NCBI GenBank assembly: GCA_964016885.1
Contig: OZ024740.1
Location: 227,168,001 to 227,232,000, forward strand
DNA length: 64,000 bases
Reading direction: 5' to 3'
DNA from: Eledone cirrhosa
Lineage: Eukaryota
The position numbers were made by a program, and so were the translations under genes. The stretch's first letter is position 1. The number at the start of each line of letters is the position of its first letter. The notes below the pieces were generated by a model. The model had not been told where the DNA came from. It was given only the letters and a program-made list of their open reading frames with translations, and ran no database searches. Positions 26,543 to 40,555 of this stretch are shown one piece after another.

Positions 26543-26735
26543 AGGGCTGTGAATTGGCAGTATCGGTAGAGAGTCGGACGCCATGCTTTCCAGCATAGAT
26601 ATGTCCCTTTATGGTCTGAGTTCAAATCCCGCCGAGGTTAACTTTGCCTTTCATCCTTACGGGGTCGATAAAATAAAGTACCAGTAATGCACTGGGTATT
26701 TGCTGGCCTTGTGCTAAAAGTAGAAACAATTATTA
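26543..26735 (+). mobile_element. SINE family A, full length, with 12-bp TSD
   Basis: Consensus match; ATTATTACAAGG at about 26534 and 26729. Confidence 0.9.
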
Positions 26736-26769
26736 CAAGGAGTTAAAGTTACAAGACTGTGCAATTAGT

Positions 26770-27165
26770 GGGTTGGTGGTTGTAGTGTGTTCGTGAAAGG
26801 ATCTTTGTTAGTGTTTGTAATGGATTGTTGAGGGCATTCTTGCTTTGCTGATGGTTGTAGTGTGATGATATGGGGATTTTACTAGTTGCTGAAGAGTGTT
26901 GGTGAGGGGGCCTTTGCTTTGCAAGTGGTTGTAGTGTGTAGGTGAGGTTTTTTTTGCTAATCTTTGTAATGAGTTGTTGAAGGCATTCTTGCTTTGCTGA
27001 TGATTGTAGCGTGATGATCTTTGCTAGTTCTAGTGTGTTGGTGAGGGAGTCTTTGCTTTTCAAATTGATGTAGTATATAGGTGAGGAGACCTTTGACTTG
27101 CTATTCATTGTAGTATGTTGGTGAAGCACCTTTGCTTTGCATGTGATTGTAGTGTGTTGGGATCT
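26770..27165. repeat. Degenerate GT-rich tandem repeat (~40-bp subunits, ~145-bp higher unit)
   Basis: Recurrent TTGTAGTGTG, TTGGTGAGG and CTTGCTTTGC motifs. Confidence 0.6.
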
Positions 27166-28782
27166 TTACTCCTCATGAAAAATACAATGCAGTTGACCAA
27201 AAATACCACTTCAAGTAAAACACCAAACTCTAGCTATGCTACTGTTTCAGAGACAGACTTGGTCCAAATACTTGCAATAAAGTGAACTTCACAAAAGGTC
27301 CCCAAAGATTAAGTGGTCGTGATATTTGAAAGAGTGATAAGTTAATGAAGATAAAAATACATCAAGAGAATTTATGCCAAATTCTTATCCAATTTAAATT
27401 AAAACTAACAGCATTGTTATAGTTAAACTATTTTCTTTTACTATCTAACAGAATAAATTATTTCATAAATTCTTTTTCTAAAACAATATTTGAATAAATA
27501 AAAACAAACAATGACTTATTGATTTCAGTAATTATTTTTGTCAGTATTTTGTTAAATTCTAATTAGCCTGATCAAAAATCCCAAACAGACTGCAGAAATT
27601 CAACTCTTATCTTTTTTCATCACATTAGTATTTATAGTCTTTTTGTTTTTAAATGTTTTCTACTCATAAATTCTCTTGCAGTATTTCTGCAACAGTTTGA
27701 TTTAGTACAACAAAACACCTACTAATCTTACACAACTTAAGTGTAATACGTCCATTTATTTCTTTGTTTGGTGTATCAGCAAGTCAAACCATGCAAAAAC
27801 TAAATTATTTTTTTCTAACAAATTCTTTTACTTGTGAATTCAGATTTTGCTGTTTACCAGGCAATGTATATCAGACTGGCACATGCCCTTCTCTTCCAAC
27901 AAAGCAGGAGTAGCATCATTCACCAACAGTCTGCATGTAACTGTAATTTATCTCTGACAAAGAAATTAATAACAATTAAGATGAGATGTTGATCATCCTA
28001 GCCAGGACTAAGTTAAACCATCTTGGATGTGGGCTCCCACATTTCATGGGGTTTCTCATGCATGGATTTCCTAGGGGCAGAGGAAAGAAAGGAGGTTAAT
28101 ACATCTGAAAGAGCCGACTGTTGTGAAGAGTCAGCAATGCTAGACTCAACAGCCTTAATGAGAGTAGTATTCCAATTGTAGATTTGTTGGATGGCCATTG
28201 ACACCCTGTTAAGTTATCCACCATTGTAAACAAATAATGTTTTGTTGTTGTTTCCTTTTGTCATGTTAGCATGTTTTTCCTCCTTCATACACCAGGGTGA
28301 GACCCAAGAGTAGGGGTTGCCAATTTAGCCTAGCAATGCAACAAGTTACTCTGTCATTTTGCTTGTCTAGTAACAAGACTCATTATTTAGCCTTAAAAAA
28401 AGGAATATTTAAACTCCACTTTGCTATTGAGTACTCTTTTCTCTCAGCCATCAACCATGTATGGATATATATATTTATATGGATGGATATATATGTATGG
28501 AGATACACATATATCATCATCATCATCATCACCGTTTAACATCCATTTTCTATGCTTGCATGAGTCAGATGGGTCGTCCACTTCGAGAGACAAGGCTGGC
28601 CAGGATTGGCCATGCTGTACTGACAGGACTGTAAATTTGGCCAGGGATTTTACAGCTGGATGCCCATTTTAACACCAACCACAATATATATATGTGTGTG
28701 TAACGAAGGAAGTGTGGTAAGGAACCAGGTGGGCCATAACGCACCAGAGTACTCGATACTTTGGGTAGTAGAGTGGGTAGTG

Positions 28783-28899
28783 GGAAAAGAGTCAGGACCC
28801 TGATCGCAGAGCTCAAGCCGTTTCAACGGCTATTTCCGGAGTCCAGAAATAGCCATCGAAACGGCTTGAGCTCTGCCATCGGGGTCCTGACTCTTTTCC
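28783..28899. repeat. GC-rich near-perfect palindrome (58-bp arms, 1-nt centre)
   Basis: 28783-28840 versus the reverse complement of 28842-28899 shows 5 mismatches, 4 of them CpG-type transitions. Confidence 0.9.
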
Positions 28900-30005
28900 T
28901 ATATATATATATATATATTTAATATTGAACCAACGAGAAAAGTTCATTCATTTTACACACACTTCACTAATTGCAGGAATATAAATGTCAATTAAATCAT
29001 TAGAAATACAAATGTATATAGCACACATGTAGAATTAAATAATTAAAAAGATTACGCATCAAATATATGTGCTTTTTTTAATCACCGATTGTAAAACCAC
29101 ATTGAGCTTTAAATCCTCTGGACAAATCAAAATAAGTTGATTTCTCAACTGCCCAGTCTGTTTTCCTCTATTCTCCCTTCTTACCCTTTCTTCTCTTTTT
29201 GTCTGTACGTTGGACTGCAGTCCATATTACTCTCTTCTGTGTTATTATTTCTCTCCTTTCTATAAATTTTTCTATTTTGGTGATATTTTTTTATGATGTT
29301 TTTTTCATCTATATTTGTGTAATCCACCTAAATTCTTAACTTATCCCGGTTTTGTCTTTACCTGTTTTGTTATGTCCCAATGTGCACTGGAATGAATAGT
29401 GTCATCCTTAAATACACAAAACTGTAGTGATTTCCAGAGGTTGACTGACAAGATGGGACTGTCTATCTTTCCATTGTTTTTTTTTCCATTGTCTTTGTCC
29501 AGTGTGCTACTATTTTTAATATAAATACATATGATAATGATGATACACATATATATATATGGGACAGCGGTTGTTAAAAGCATATTAATTATATATTGGT
29601 TATATGACCTTAAATGTTTATCTCTCACGGTTATATATCGTTCGTATGTTGTATCTAACAACAGAGAATCCCCAAATATGGATGTCTATATTATCCTTAC
29701 TTAAAGACTCTCCAACTTAGAGGTTTGTTCTATTACAATATTTTTTTACAATTGCACAATATATTTTGTCTTTCTTTTAATCATCTTTTCATTACATAGT
29801 CTCTGTAGGACAAAAAAATAAACACCAACAAGTAACAAATGGTAATCTTATTTCTTTGTGTGTGTCTCTTCTTTCGTTTCTTTAATACAAAGGAAGAAAA
29901 ATTCAATAATTTCTCATTAAAATTTATTAAGGATTTACTTTTGAAATTGTCTATTCATTCTATTGTTAGCATGTCTCTTACTCTGCTGCAATCACATTGT
30001 CTATG

Positions 30006-30055
<50 letters not shown>

Positions 30056-30181
30056 CATCATCATTATCATTATTAGTGTTTTTATTCTAGTGAAATGCTG
30101 TATAACTTATAATGTCTCTTCTGTTGTACACAGGAGACAATTCACATATATACATACATATATATCTATATATATATGCAT

Positions 30182-30250
<69 letters not shown>

Positions 30251-33016
30251 CATATATGTGTATATATTTATATATATGCATATTTATAAACTTACATGCA
30301 TACATTTATATACACTATATATATATAAATATATATATATATATACACTCTAGCTTTGAAATCATCTACATTGATTGTATTTATAAAAATATCTATGAAT
30401 AGGAATATATAATAAAAGCTGAGTAGTTTAAAACATAGAAAAATGGCCGAGACATGGGAAATGCCTAAACAATCTTAAAGGTAAGACAATTTGAAAAGAC
30501 AACAACAACAGAAACAACTACGATAATAAAAAAAAAACAATAACTAATGATATAAAAATATAAATAGCATTTATTCCTTTCTGGATGTGAGATAAGATTT
30601 ATAGTTTAATAATACATAATAAAAAATTTAATTAATAATATTTAATACCTGGAAATATAGGTTTCTAAGTAAAATGGCTGCCACAATTGGCAATCTGTTA
30701 CTGTTGTGGGGATTAGCTATATTTTTGCTTCCTTGTATCGAATTTTTTTTTTTTTTTGTTGTATTCTTTACTCACACTGATTCCATTTTGTCATTCCAAC
30801 GTTCATTCATTCTGCCGTTCTCTCATTCTTCTCCCTGCAACATCAGATATATTTTATAATAGCAACAAATGAATGAGACCTTAATAGTTTCAATGGCATT
30901 TATATGCTGTATTGATATTCAAAAATATCACACACATATATACCTACAAATATATACACACATATACTCATATTTACATGTATATATATATATATATACA
31001 TGCATTTATGCATGTACATAAACATGCTTATATACACACTCATTTACAGTTGCATATATTAATAATCATCAACATCATCATACATACATTTTTCCCTGTT
31101 AGCTCACAGATGAATTTTGCACATAATCAGAGCTACTGACCTCACAGACAAGTTAAGTACAGCATTGCACTTATATATGTTCCTCACTCTATAAAATGCA
31201 CTAGGCACATTTTATCATCTCTCCAGCACTAGAGAGGTTTCCATGTCTTTCACCCAACTGAAGTGTATGTCCTCTCAACTCTTTCTTTGACAAGGGTTCT
31301 ATTGTTGGGTGTCTTTCCTATCACCAACCCCTTTACTGAGTGTACTGGGTGTGTGTTATCATGTCACTAACACTACAGTATTTGTCATGCTCTTATCAAA
31401 ACAGAATCTTATCAAAGTTAATCATTTGTCTTTCAAATCCTCTGTTCCAGCTCCAACTTTCTCATTTTCACTTGGAACAAGCCTTTTTATTACAGATTAC
31501 AGATTACATGGATAAAATAGTCTAGATTACTTCCAGTCATTATCATCAACATCCTCATCGTCATCACTATCATTATTATTTTACACCTGCTTTCTATTTT
31601 GACATGGGTCAGACAATTTTCAGTCTGAGACTAGACAGGTTAGATAAACACATTTTGCTCATACATTTCATATTTTGGCATGGTTTCTATAGTTAGATGT
31701 CCTTAATGCCAACCCCTTTCAGAGTATACCAGGTGCATTTTATCATGACAGCATTTCACCAACATTACAACTTTACAGAACCTTCAGGATATGTTAGCAT
31801 TTAGTAAAGGTAGTTTTAACATCATGTGTGATTTACTACCATACCCTGGACCTTAGCCTCCCTTTAATATTCCAAACAGATCCCTCCATAACCCTTTTGT
31901 TTTAGCTGCAGACATTGACCTACAAATGAGTTTAGCCTTGTATCAACTGCAATAATCTGAGCAGTCTGGGAGAGTCATAAAAGTTCATGGGCACTGTCTA
32001 TCTTCCACCAACTTATCATCATTATCATTATCACAATGCTTGTGACAAATAAAGAAGACATTAAACCAGATGATGATGATGATTTGAGTTGGACAGGTTG
32101 TTCCTGTTTGAAACTAAATAGGTCAGATGTGGTGTAGGGACCATGTCTTGCTCATACTTTCCAATTTTAACATAATTTCTACAGGTCATTGGCCTTTCTA
32201 ATGTCAACCACTTTACAGACTTTACTGGGTGTATTTTGTTATGTCACCAGCACTATTACTTTACGGAGTGTACTGGGTGCTTTTTATCATGACACCAGCA
32301 CTATTACAGAGTGTATTGAGTGCCTTTTATTGTGGCATCTGCACTAGAGAACTGACTTATTAAAAATATTTATTCTATTGAACTTTAAAGCATAAAATAG
32401 TAATATGAACACCTGAACTAATTGAACTGAGTCCATGTAAGGACAAAATTTAAATACTATAAAGTAATTTAGCTTGACAGACCACCATGTCAACAACTTT
32501 TAACTGCCCTCTTTATTTATACAATATTGAACTGAAAAAGATGAAATTTGGAGGAAACCACTCCTAAAACTGAACCATCCAGATAATAATGAGATAATGA
32601 CAATGATACCCTAAAAGTTTTCCATTAGAAGCCAAACTTAGCGAAATACAATTCTTGTCTATTTTCCCATGAAACATTTAGCAAACATTACAGCAATTAG
32701 TCAACTACTAATGAAATTAATCCGAGGCTTAATTAACTTCCATCTTCTGTTTCCATTACTGTAGCTCTAATTACATTAGTTAGCTGTTAATAGTTACATA
32801 ACATTGATAAAACTGATTTCTCTATGCCAAGCAGATAAGTTGTTTCATAAAAACAATTAAGTTAGAAGACACAGTTCACCAGCAAACATAATATAAAGCT
32901 TCTCATTTTCACTCATTTTAATTTTATTTTTAAGACAATGAAAAGCAAGGAAGAGGGAGCATTTTTACATGACAAGAACATGTAGTATGGTTTTGCATAA
33001 TTTGATTATTTCCATA

Positions 33017-33385
33017 TTAACCCTTTCGTTACCAGCCTGGCCAAAACCGGCTCTGGTTCTATGAAGCAAAACCACACATTTTAAAGAGTTCCTATTTAAG
33101 GAAAGCCTTCAATTTGAAGAACTGGCTACCTTTCCTATAAAAACTATTCAAATAATAAAGAGCAATGAAATGAAATAATTTTCTAATCATGAATTTGCAG
33201 GGATTTAGTAAAACAACTAAGTTCTTCATTTTTATACTGGTGTTTTGAATATAATTTAACAAAGGTTCTTACAAAATATTATGATGAAAGTTATTTAGAT
33301 AAATATAAATAAACCCATTAAAAGAAACTGTTTTGTAATATAGAACCAGAGGCAGTTTCTAGCAGATTGGTCTCAAAAAGGTTAA
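33017..33385. mobile_element. TTAA MITE with longer imperfect TIRs
   Basis: TTAACCCTTTCG..ACC...CTCTGGTTCTAT / ATAGAACCAGAG...GGT..AAAAAGGTTAA. Confidence 0.7.
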
Positions 33386-34809
33386 ACATCTATTATTAAT
33401 TTTATAAAACAATTTATGATTTCAAATATGCCACTGTATGTGTGTATATATATATATGAAACAAATTTATAATTTCAAATGTATGTGTATGTGTGTATGT
33501 ATATATATGAAATAAACATTAAGACAGAAATTACGATGATAAATGATGATGCTGATGATGTTGCTGAATAAATGAATGGGACAAAGAAATAGATAGGGAT
33601 GTAGGTAAATAATGAGTTCAAAAGTTATTTGGAAGTAAGGTAGCAGATGTATTATCCAGGGAGGTTAAAAGTCTTTCAGCTGAAATAGTTCACATAAAAC
33701 TCTAATTTCTATAAATGGAACATGTTTTTGGTGGAACTTTAGCCTAAACTCATCAAATTTATTGATTTATATAGATGTTTATTCTTAGATTTTACTCTTT
33801 CCAAGTGACCAGTGAAATGTTCAGTCATCCATAAACATCATAAAATATACATGCTAAAACAAGTTTGGAGGAAAATTATTGAAATCATGAATATTTCTTA
33901 GCTTTAACAAATGGACACTATCTTCAAATATCTCATTGTTTTGTTTTTTTTTTATTGTTTGTTTTTAATCAATTTATATCAAAGACTACTATGAGATATA
34001 ATGGCCGTTTTCTGTGAACCTCATATCCTTTTCTGTTATAGCATTCTACTATAGATTATAAATATTGTATAAGCTTTGGTTCACAGTTTACAGAGTTCAG
34101 ACTATTTGTTGAGTACAAGATCTGATAGATTAATATCTGTTATCTGCTTGTGGCAAGCACTGATTTATTACAGCCTTTTAATTATGTTTTCATATCAAGG
34201 ATTATATCCTTTATAGACAATCATAGATTGGAAGCATTAAAATAAAAGCAGAAGGTTATATAAATTGTCATTTCTTATTAATTATTGATGAACTGTGAGT
34301 TAACCAGAGAATTTTTTAAAACGTTTTTATACTGTTTACTGAGAGAAATTTAGTAGACAGAAACTGTTCAGAAGCTTATGTGTGGATGGGGGGTGTATGA
34401 CCATGTCTGTATGTGTACATTTATTGATTGCTAGTGTCCTGTGACTTAGTGGTTTGACAAATAGAGATTGATGAATTATGTACAAATCTTGAAAAAATAA
34501 GTACTGGGGCCAATTAAATTCCTTTGGGATGGTGCCCCTACATGGCTGCTGTCTAATGATGAAAACCAATAGAAGAACATACAGACAGTGTATTTCAATA
34601 AGAAAATGTTCACAAAGGGGGTAAAATACTCCCCCATTGAAAATATAAAACATAACTATTGATTCAGAGTAACTGGCAACTAAAACAATTGGTGCTGACA
34701 AGGGCATCCAGTTGCAAATCATTGCCTCAAAAACCCCCTTTTTGACAAGTATGAAATCTGTCATGGAGCCTGCAAAGGTAACTCTTGCTTTAGCAAGGGT
34801 AAATGGCCA

Positions 34810-35049
34810 TAACCCTTTCATTACCATATTTCTAATGAAAGACAATGGCTAGAATTTTTCAAATAATTTTTTAAATAATCAAGAATTTAGAAGGATTTAC
34901 TAATATAACTTTCTCATCATTAAATTGATGTTTGGAACATAACAAAATTGTGGTGAAAGATGTTTAGATAAATATAAAGATTTTTAAATGAAGAGTATAT
35001 ATCATAGAACCAGGTGTGGCTTCAAGTGGCTTCATATCAAAAGGGTTTT
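34810..35049 (+). mobile_element. TTAA MITE (family of 2875)
   Basis: TAACCCTTTCATTACCATATTTCTAATGAAA...ATAGAACCAG...AAAGGGTT. Confidence 0.65.
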
Positions 35050-36328
35050 AAATGTTTATTGTTGTAGCTTTGTTGTTGTACTTTGATGTTACATTGAATG
35101 AGGCTGAGCTCTGATATAAAAGCTCTTTAGCTAGTTCATTTTCTTAAAGTAGAAATTGATGCTACCAGGTAACAGAAGCCTAATGAGACATCAAAATAAG
35201 ATTACTGTAAAGGACCTAATAAAAGGAGGGGTGAAGTGTGGGGATGGTGGTAGTGACAAATCAGGAAGGAGCACAGTAAATCTTCTCTGGAGCAACTCCC
35301 CACTACCATCACCACTACCACTACCACCCACCAGTCTATTCCTTAAGTAACTCCCTTGTCAGATATCTAGGATAATCCTTTGAGGTATGTCTTCTTCCTA
35401 TTGGCTTCTGTTATTAAGTTCCTGTTTTTCTTAGAATCGGACAGGGGAGTTGGGAATAAATGCTTGAAACAAAGATGAAACAATAGAGAGAGAGAGATGG
35501 GGAAGGAGGGATGGAGGGAGATACAGTGTATGTGTCTGTGTATGTATATCTGAGTGTGTGTTTGTATGTGTTTGTGTCATATATGAAGCAGAGTGACAGG
35601 GGGATTAACAGAGACAAAATGAAAGTTGGAGGAACCTAAAGACATGTCAAATGAGGTTATAGAGAGAAAGGGGGATAAACAGGGAAAGAAGGACTGAGAG
35701 CAAAGATTGAAGAGAGATTAAAAGAAAGGAAAGAGATAAAGAATCATACAAGACATAATGGGAGAAAGAGTAACAGAGAGAGAAGAATGATAGAAAGAAT
35801 GGCAGAAAGAGAAAGAGGAAAAAGTTGATGGTAAAAGGGACTGAGAGAGAAGAAAATGAAAGAGTGACAGAGAGACAATGTATGGCAAGGAAAAAGAATG
35901 ATTGAGATAGAGAGAGAGAGTGAGTGAGAGAGGGAGAGAGAAAGCAAAGAATGAGAGAAAAGGAGAGAGAGTGACAGAAAGAGAAGGGGAAAATAAAAAG
36001 AGTGACAGTAAATAGAGAAAAGAAAGTTTTTGACACATCTAAAAATTGTCCTGACAGTTCTTCTAAAATCCATCTAAGCAATCTTCACCATTTAAGGAAA
36101 TCTCAAAATTCCCATGGCACATCAAACTTGTCTGGGCTTTTTTCTGAAAGATATTCATTGAATAGTTTTTTTATCACAAAGAAAGATCTTCACTACTATA
36201 TTTTGCTTTTCATTCACAAATCACTTATATGCATGCACACACACACAAACCCTACACACGCATACATTATTCTCTGAATTTTGGTCTTTGTATTTATTAC
36301 TACTATATATATATATATACGTATAAAA

Positions 36329-36571
36329 AGTCTAAAGTCTGTCTTAAGCCAGAAGGCTCATTTTGCCAGTGCTTATCCCGGTTTAATGGCGTGAAGCGAC
36401 TGAGAGTACACGACTCCCCCCTGGACAGGACGCCAGTCCATCGCAGGGTTAAACCTCCAGCTATTGCTGGTACTCATTTTCAGCTGAGTAAACTCTGGAG
36501 CAACGTGAAATAAAGTGTCTTGCTCAAGGAAACAACACATCACCCGGTCTGGGAATTGAACTCACAACCTT

Positions 36572-36576
<5 letters not shown>
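36329..36576 (-). mobile_element. SINE with family-B head plus V-domain-like body
   Basis: Minus strand: GAAAGGTTGTGAGTTCAATTCC...CCTTGAGCAAGACACTT...CCCTGCGATGGACTGGCGTCCTGTCCAGG...AAGACAGACTTTAGACT; homologous to 43597-43860. Confidence 0.85.
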
Positions 36577-36661
<85 letters not shown>

Positions 36662-37293
36662 TTCATAGTGTTTATCGTACATCAAGAAACTAGTAGTTTC
36701 ATAGATATTGTTGACAAAGATATGTATTCTCGATTATCAGAAGTTGTAGGTATGTTTTGTCATAGCTAATCTTCAGTCTTGAATATAAATATACATAAAT
36801 ATGATTATTTGTTTATATTGGTACATTGATAAGGACTTTAGATGTTAGAAATCATTCTTATTTTAATGTTTTATTGTTAGAGTATGAGGCAAAATGTTTT
36901 GTAGCATTTAGTTATGACCCTTTACATTCTGAGTTCAAATCCCATTGAAGTCAGTTTTTCCACAGTATATAAAATGAAGTACCAGTTAAGTACTAGGGTT
37001 GATATAAGTAACTTTTCTTTTTTCTGAAATTGTTGCTACAATGCTTAAATTCAGACCCAGTATTTGTTGTTGTTACTGCAAGTAGTAAGGAACTGGATTA
37101 GATTGTTTATGATATCAAATTAAGTTCCTTTCAGTTTAGAATTCAAGATCTGCCAAAACTAACTTTGCATTCCATTCCTATGGGATCAATAAAGTCAATA
37201 ATAAAAGTGTAGTTGTGATTCAGTTCCATTAAATAAATCCCTTGCACCCGAAAAAAAACAAAAAAAACAATCTAATATTATTGTTGGCATCTG

Positions 37294-37618
37294 CAGGGCG
37301 GTGAATTGGCAGTATCGGTAGAGGGTCAGACATGCTTTCCAGCATAGTTACCTCCCTTTATGATCTGAGTTCAAATCCCCCTAAGGTTAACTTTGCCTTT
37401 CATCCTTACAGGGTCGTTAAAATAAAGTACCAGTAATGTACTGGGTAATTTGCTGGCTTTGTGCCAAAAGTAGAAACAATTGTTACCTCCCTTTATGATC
37501 TGAGTTCAAATCCCGCCGACGTTAACTTTGCCTTTCATCCATACGGGGTCGATAAAATAAAGTACCAGTAATGTACTGGGTAATTGCTGGCCTTGTGCCA
37601 AAAGTAGAAACAATTATT
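37294..37618 (+). mobile_element. SINE A full copy plus a tandem 5'-truncated copy
   Basis: The second unit restarts at GTTACCTCCCTTTATGATCTGAG directly after the first AGAAACAATT. Confidence 0.9.
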
Positions 37619-38155
37619 GTTTTCATCTGTGAAATGGAGTATAATAGACATTCTATCCATCATCATCATCATCATCATTGTCGTCGCAGTCATCATCACA
37701 ATCGTTGTTTTTATGTCTGTTTTACCATCCTCGTATGGACTTGACAAAATTGTTTTGAAGCAGTTTTCTACAGCAAGATGCCCTTCCTGTTGCCAATCCT
37801 CTCTTGTTTTTAAGTAAAAGGTACTGGTTTTTGCATGTTGAAGCACTGAGCTATGAGGACTATTGTTAATGTGGGACATGGTCCCTTAGGGGTCAGCACT
37901 GAAGTAGCCATTCTGTTAATGAAACAATTACAACACACATGACTGAAGGTAACAGAGATCTATCTGCTTTATCAGCTAATTAACGGGGGGGTTGGGGGTA
38001 CTTTATGTTAACTATATTTTACAAACAGAAGTTATACAATGGTGGAAATATTTTTAGAAAATATAAACTAAATTAAGTACCAAAAAGAAGGACAGATCTG
38101 GCTGTATAGGGAAGTAAAGGAAAGGATTATAAATGCCATAAATGAGACAAAAAGG

Positions 38156-39714
38156 AGGGAAAGTGCCAGGACTATAGGGAAAGAGCAAGAATTATAGGGA
38201 AAGAGCAAGGACTATAGGGAAAGAGCCAGGATTATAGGGAAAGAGCAAGAATTATAGGGAAAGAGCAAGGACTATAGGGAAAGAGGCAGGACTATAGGGA
38301 AAGAGCAAGAAATATAGGGAAAGAGCAAGGACTATAGGGAAAGAGCAAGAAATATAGGGAAAGAGCAATAACTATAGGGAAAGAGCAAGGACTATAGGGA
38401 AAGAGTAAGGACTATAGGGAAAGAGTAAGAGATATAGGGAAGGAGCAAGGGATATAGGGAAAGAGCAAGAAATATAGGGAAAGAGCAAGGACTATAGGGA
38501 AAGAGCAAGGGATATAGGGAAGGAGCAAGGGATATAGGGAAGGAGCAAGGACTATAGGGAAGGAGCAAGGGATATAGGGAAGGAGCAAGGACTATAGGGA
38601 AGGAGCAAGGGATATAGGGAAGGAGCAAGGGATATAGGGAAGGAGCAAGGACTATAGGGAAAGAGCAAGGGATATAGGGAAGGAGCAAGGACTATAGGGA
38701 AGGAGCAAGGACTATAGGGAAAGAGCAAGGGTTATAGGGAAGGAGCAAGGGATATAGGGAAAGAGCAAGGGATATAGGGAAGGAGCAAGGGATATAGGGA
38801 AGGAGCAAGGACTATAGGGAAGGAGCAAGGGATATAGGGAAAGAGCAAGGGATATAGGGAAAGAGCAAGGGATATAGGGAAGGAGCAAGGGATATAGGGA
38901 AGGAGCAAGGACTATAGGGAAAGAGCAAGGGTTATAGGGAAGGAGCAAGGGATATAGGGAAAGAGCAAGGGATATAGGGAAAGAGCAAGGGATATAGGGA
39001 AAGAGCAAGGGATATAGGGAAGGAGCAAGGACTATAGGGAAAGAGCAAGGGTTATAGGGAAGGAGCAAGGGATATAGGGAAGGAGCAAGGGATATAGGGA
39101 AAGAGCAAGGACTATAGGGAAGGAGCAAGGGATATAGGGAAGGAGCAAGGACTATAGGGAAAGAGCAAGGGTTATAGGGAAGGAGCAAGGGATATAGGGA
39201 AAGAGCAAGGGATATAGGGAAAGAGCAAGGACTATAGGGAAGGAGCAAGGGATATAGGGAAGGAGCAAGGACTATAGGGAAAGAGCAAGGGTTATAGGGA
39301 AGGAGCAAGGGATATAGGGAAAGAGCAAGGGATATAGGGAAAGAGCAAGGGATATAGGGAAAGAGCAAGGGATATAGGGAAGGAGCAAGGACTATAGGGA
39401 AAGAGCAAGGGTTATAGGGAAGGAGCAAGGGATATAGGGAAGGAGCAAGGGATATAGGGAAAGAGCAAGGGATATAGGGAAAGAGCAAGGGATATAGGGA
39501 AGGAGCAAGGGATATAGGGAAGGAGCAAGGGATATAGGGAAAGAGCAAGGGATATAGGGAAGGAGCAAGGGATATAGGGAAGGAGCAAGGGATATAGGGA
39601 AGGAGCAAGGGATATAGGGAAGGAGCAAGGGATATAGGGAAGGAGCAAGGGATATAGGGAAGGAGCAAGGACTATAGGGAAGGAGCAAGGGATATAGGGA
39701 AGGAGCAAGGACTA
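38156..39714. repeat. 20-bp purine-rich minisatellite, about 78 units, with 120-bp higher-order periodicity
   Basis: Unit A(A/G)GAGCAAGG(GA/AC/GT)TATAGGGA; the GTTATAGGGA variant occurs at 38931, 39051, 39171, 39291 and 39411. Confidence 0.97.
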
Positions 39715-40513
39715 TTAGTCAACAGAAGAAAGTGGGGAGAAAGGAGAGCGGGTGACAGACTCTACACCAAGGTCAAAGTAGTGTTTCCGCTGCACCCCGT
39801 GGACATTACTGCAAAGGTATTTCTGTGAACAAGAGCCAAGGACACCTGCTGCAATAGCCACCTCACCTCATGATGCTCCTTCTTCAGATGGGCTGCTGAC
39901 GTTCTGATTTTTGATTTATCAGCTAATTAACAGTATAAAAATCTAATGATTGAACATCTAACGATGAGACATTAATTATCTTAGTGATGTTCTCATTATT
40001 GCCATTGTTTGTGATTATCTCAGCATTGTAAGTATTCTAAGTATAATATCCTTAAATCATTCTTTTTTCTTTCTTTTTTTGGTGTGGGGGGGGGGGTTCA
40101 AAATACACACAAAATTTATAAATAAATAAATAAATAAATAAATAAATCAGAAACCTTATTTCCAATTATAATTAAAATTCATTCACTCAATGAATTAAAA
40201 TCTTTTATTTTATTTTTATTTGTTTTGTTTTTTTATTTATTCATATATATTTCTTTCATTTTTTTCCTTTGCTTTTTTCATTATTCTTCAACTGACAAAT
40301 TCTGTATCTCAGTTCTAAATATTTCTTCCTTAAAATTAGCTTATTTAAATCCTTAAATCTTATCTTTTTTACTAACTACCATTCTTCCATAGACACCACA
40401 CAACTTCACTCTCCCTCTTTCTTTCACAAATGATCAACTGTCCTATTGTCATATCATTATCATCATCACCATCATAATCATGAGTATTTCATCATTAGGA
40501 TCATCATCATTGT

Positions 40514-40555
<42 letters not shown>

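Noticed and set aside
27840-28235. Unique, moderately GC-rich block with a 63-aa minus-strand ORF (similar block at 650-910)
   Set aside because: No recognisable protein motif or convincing splice pair; it could be a conserved non-coding element but cannot be supported from sequence alone.
38392-39708. 318-aa and overlapping ORFs of PYIPCSFPISLAPSLYPLLL repeats
   Set aside because: Translation of the 20-bp satellite; no start context, splice signals or domain.
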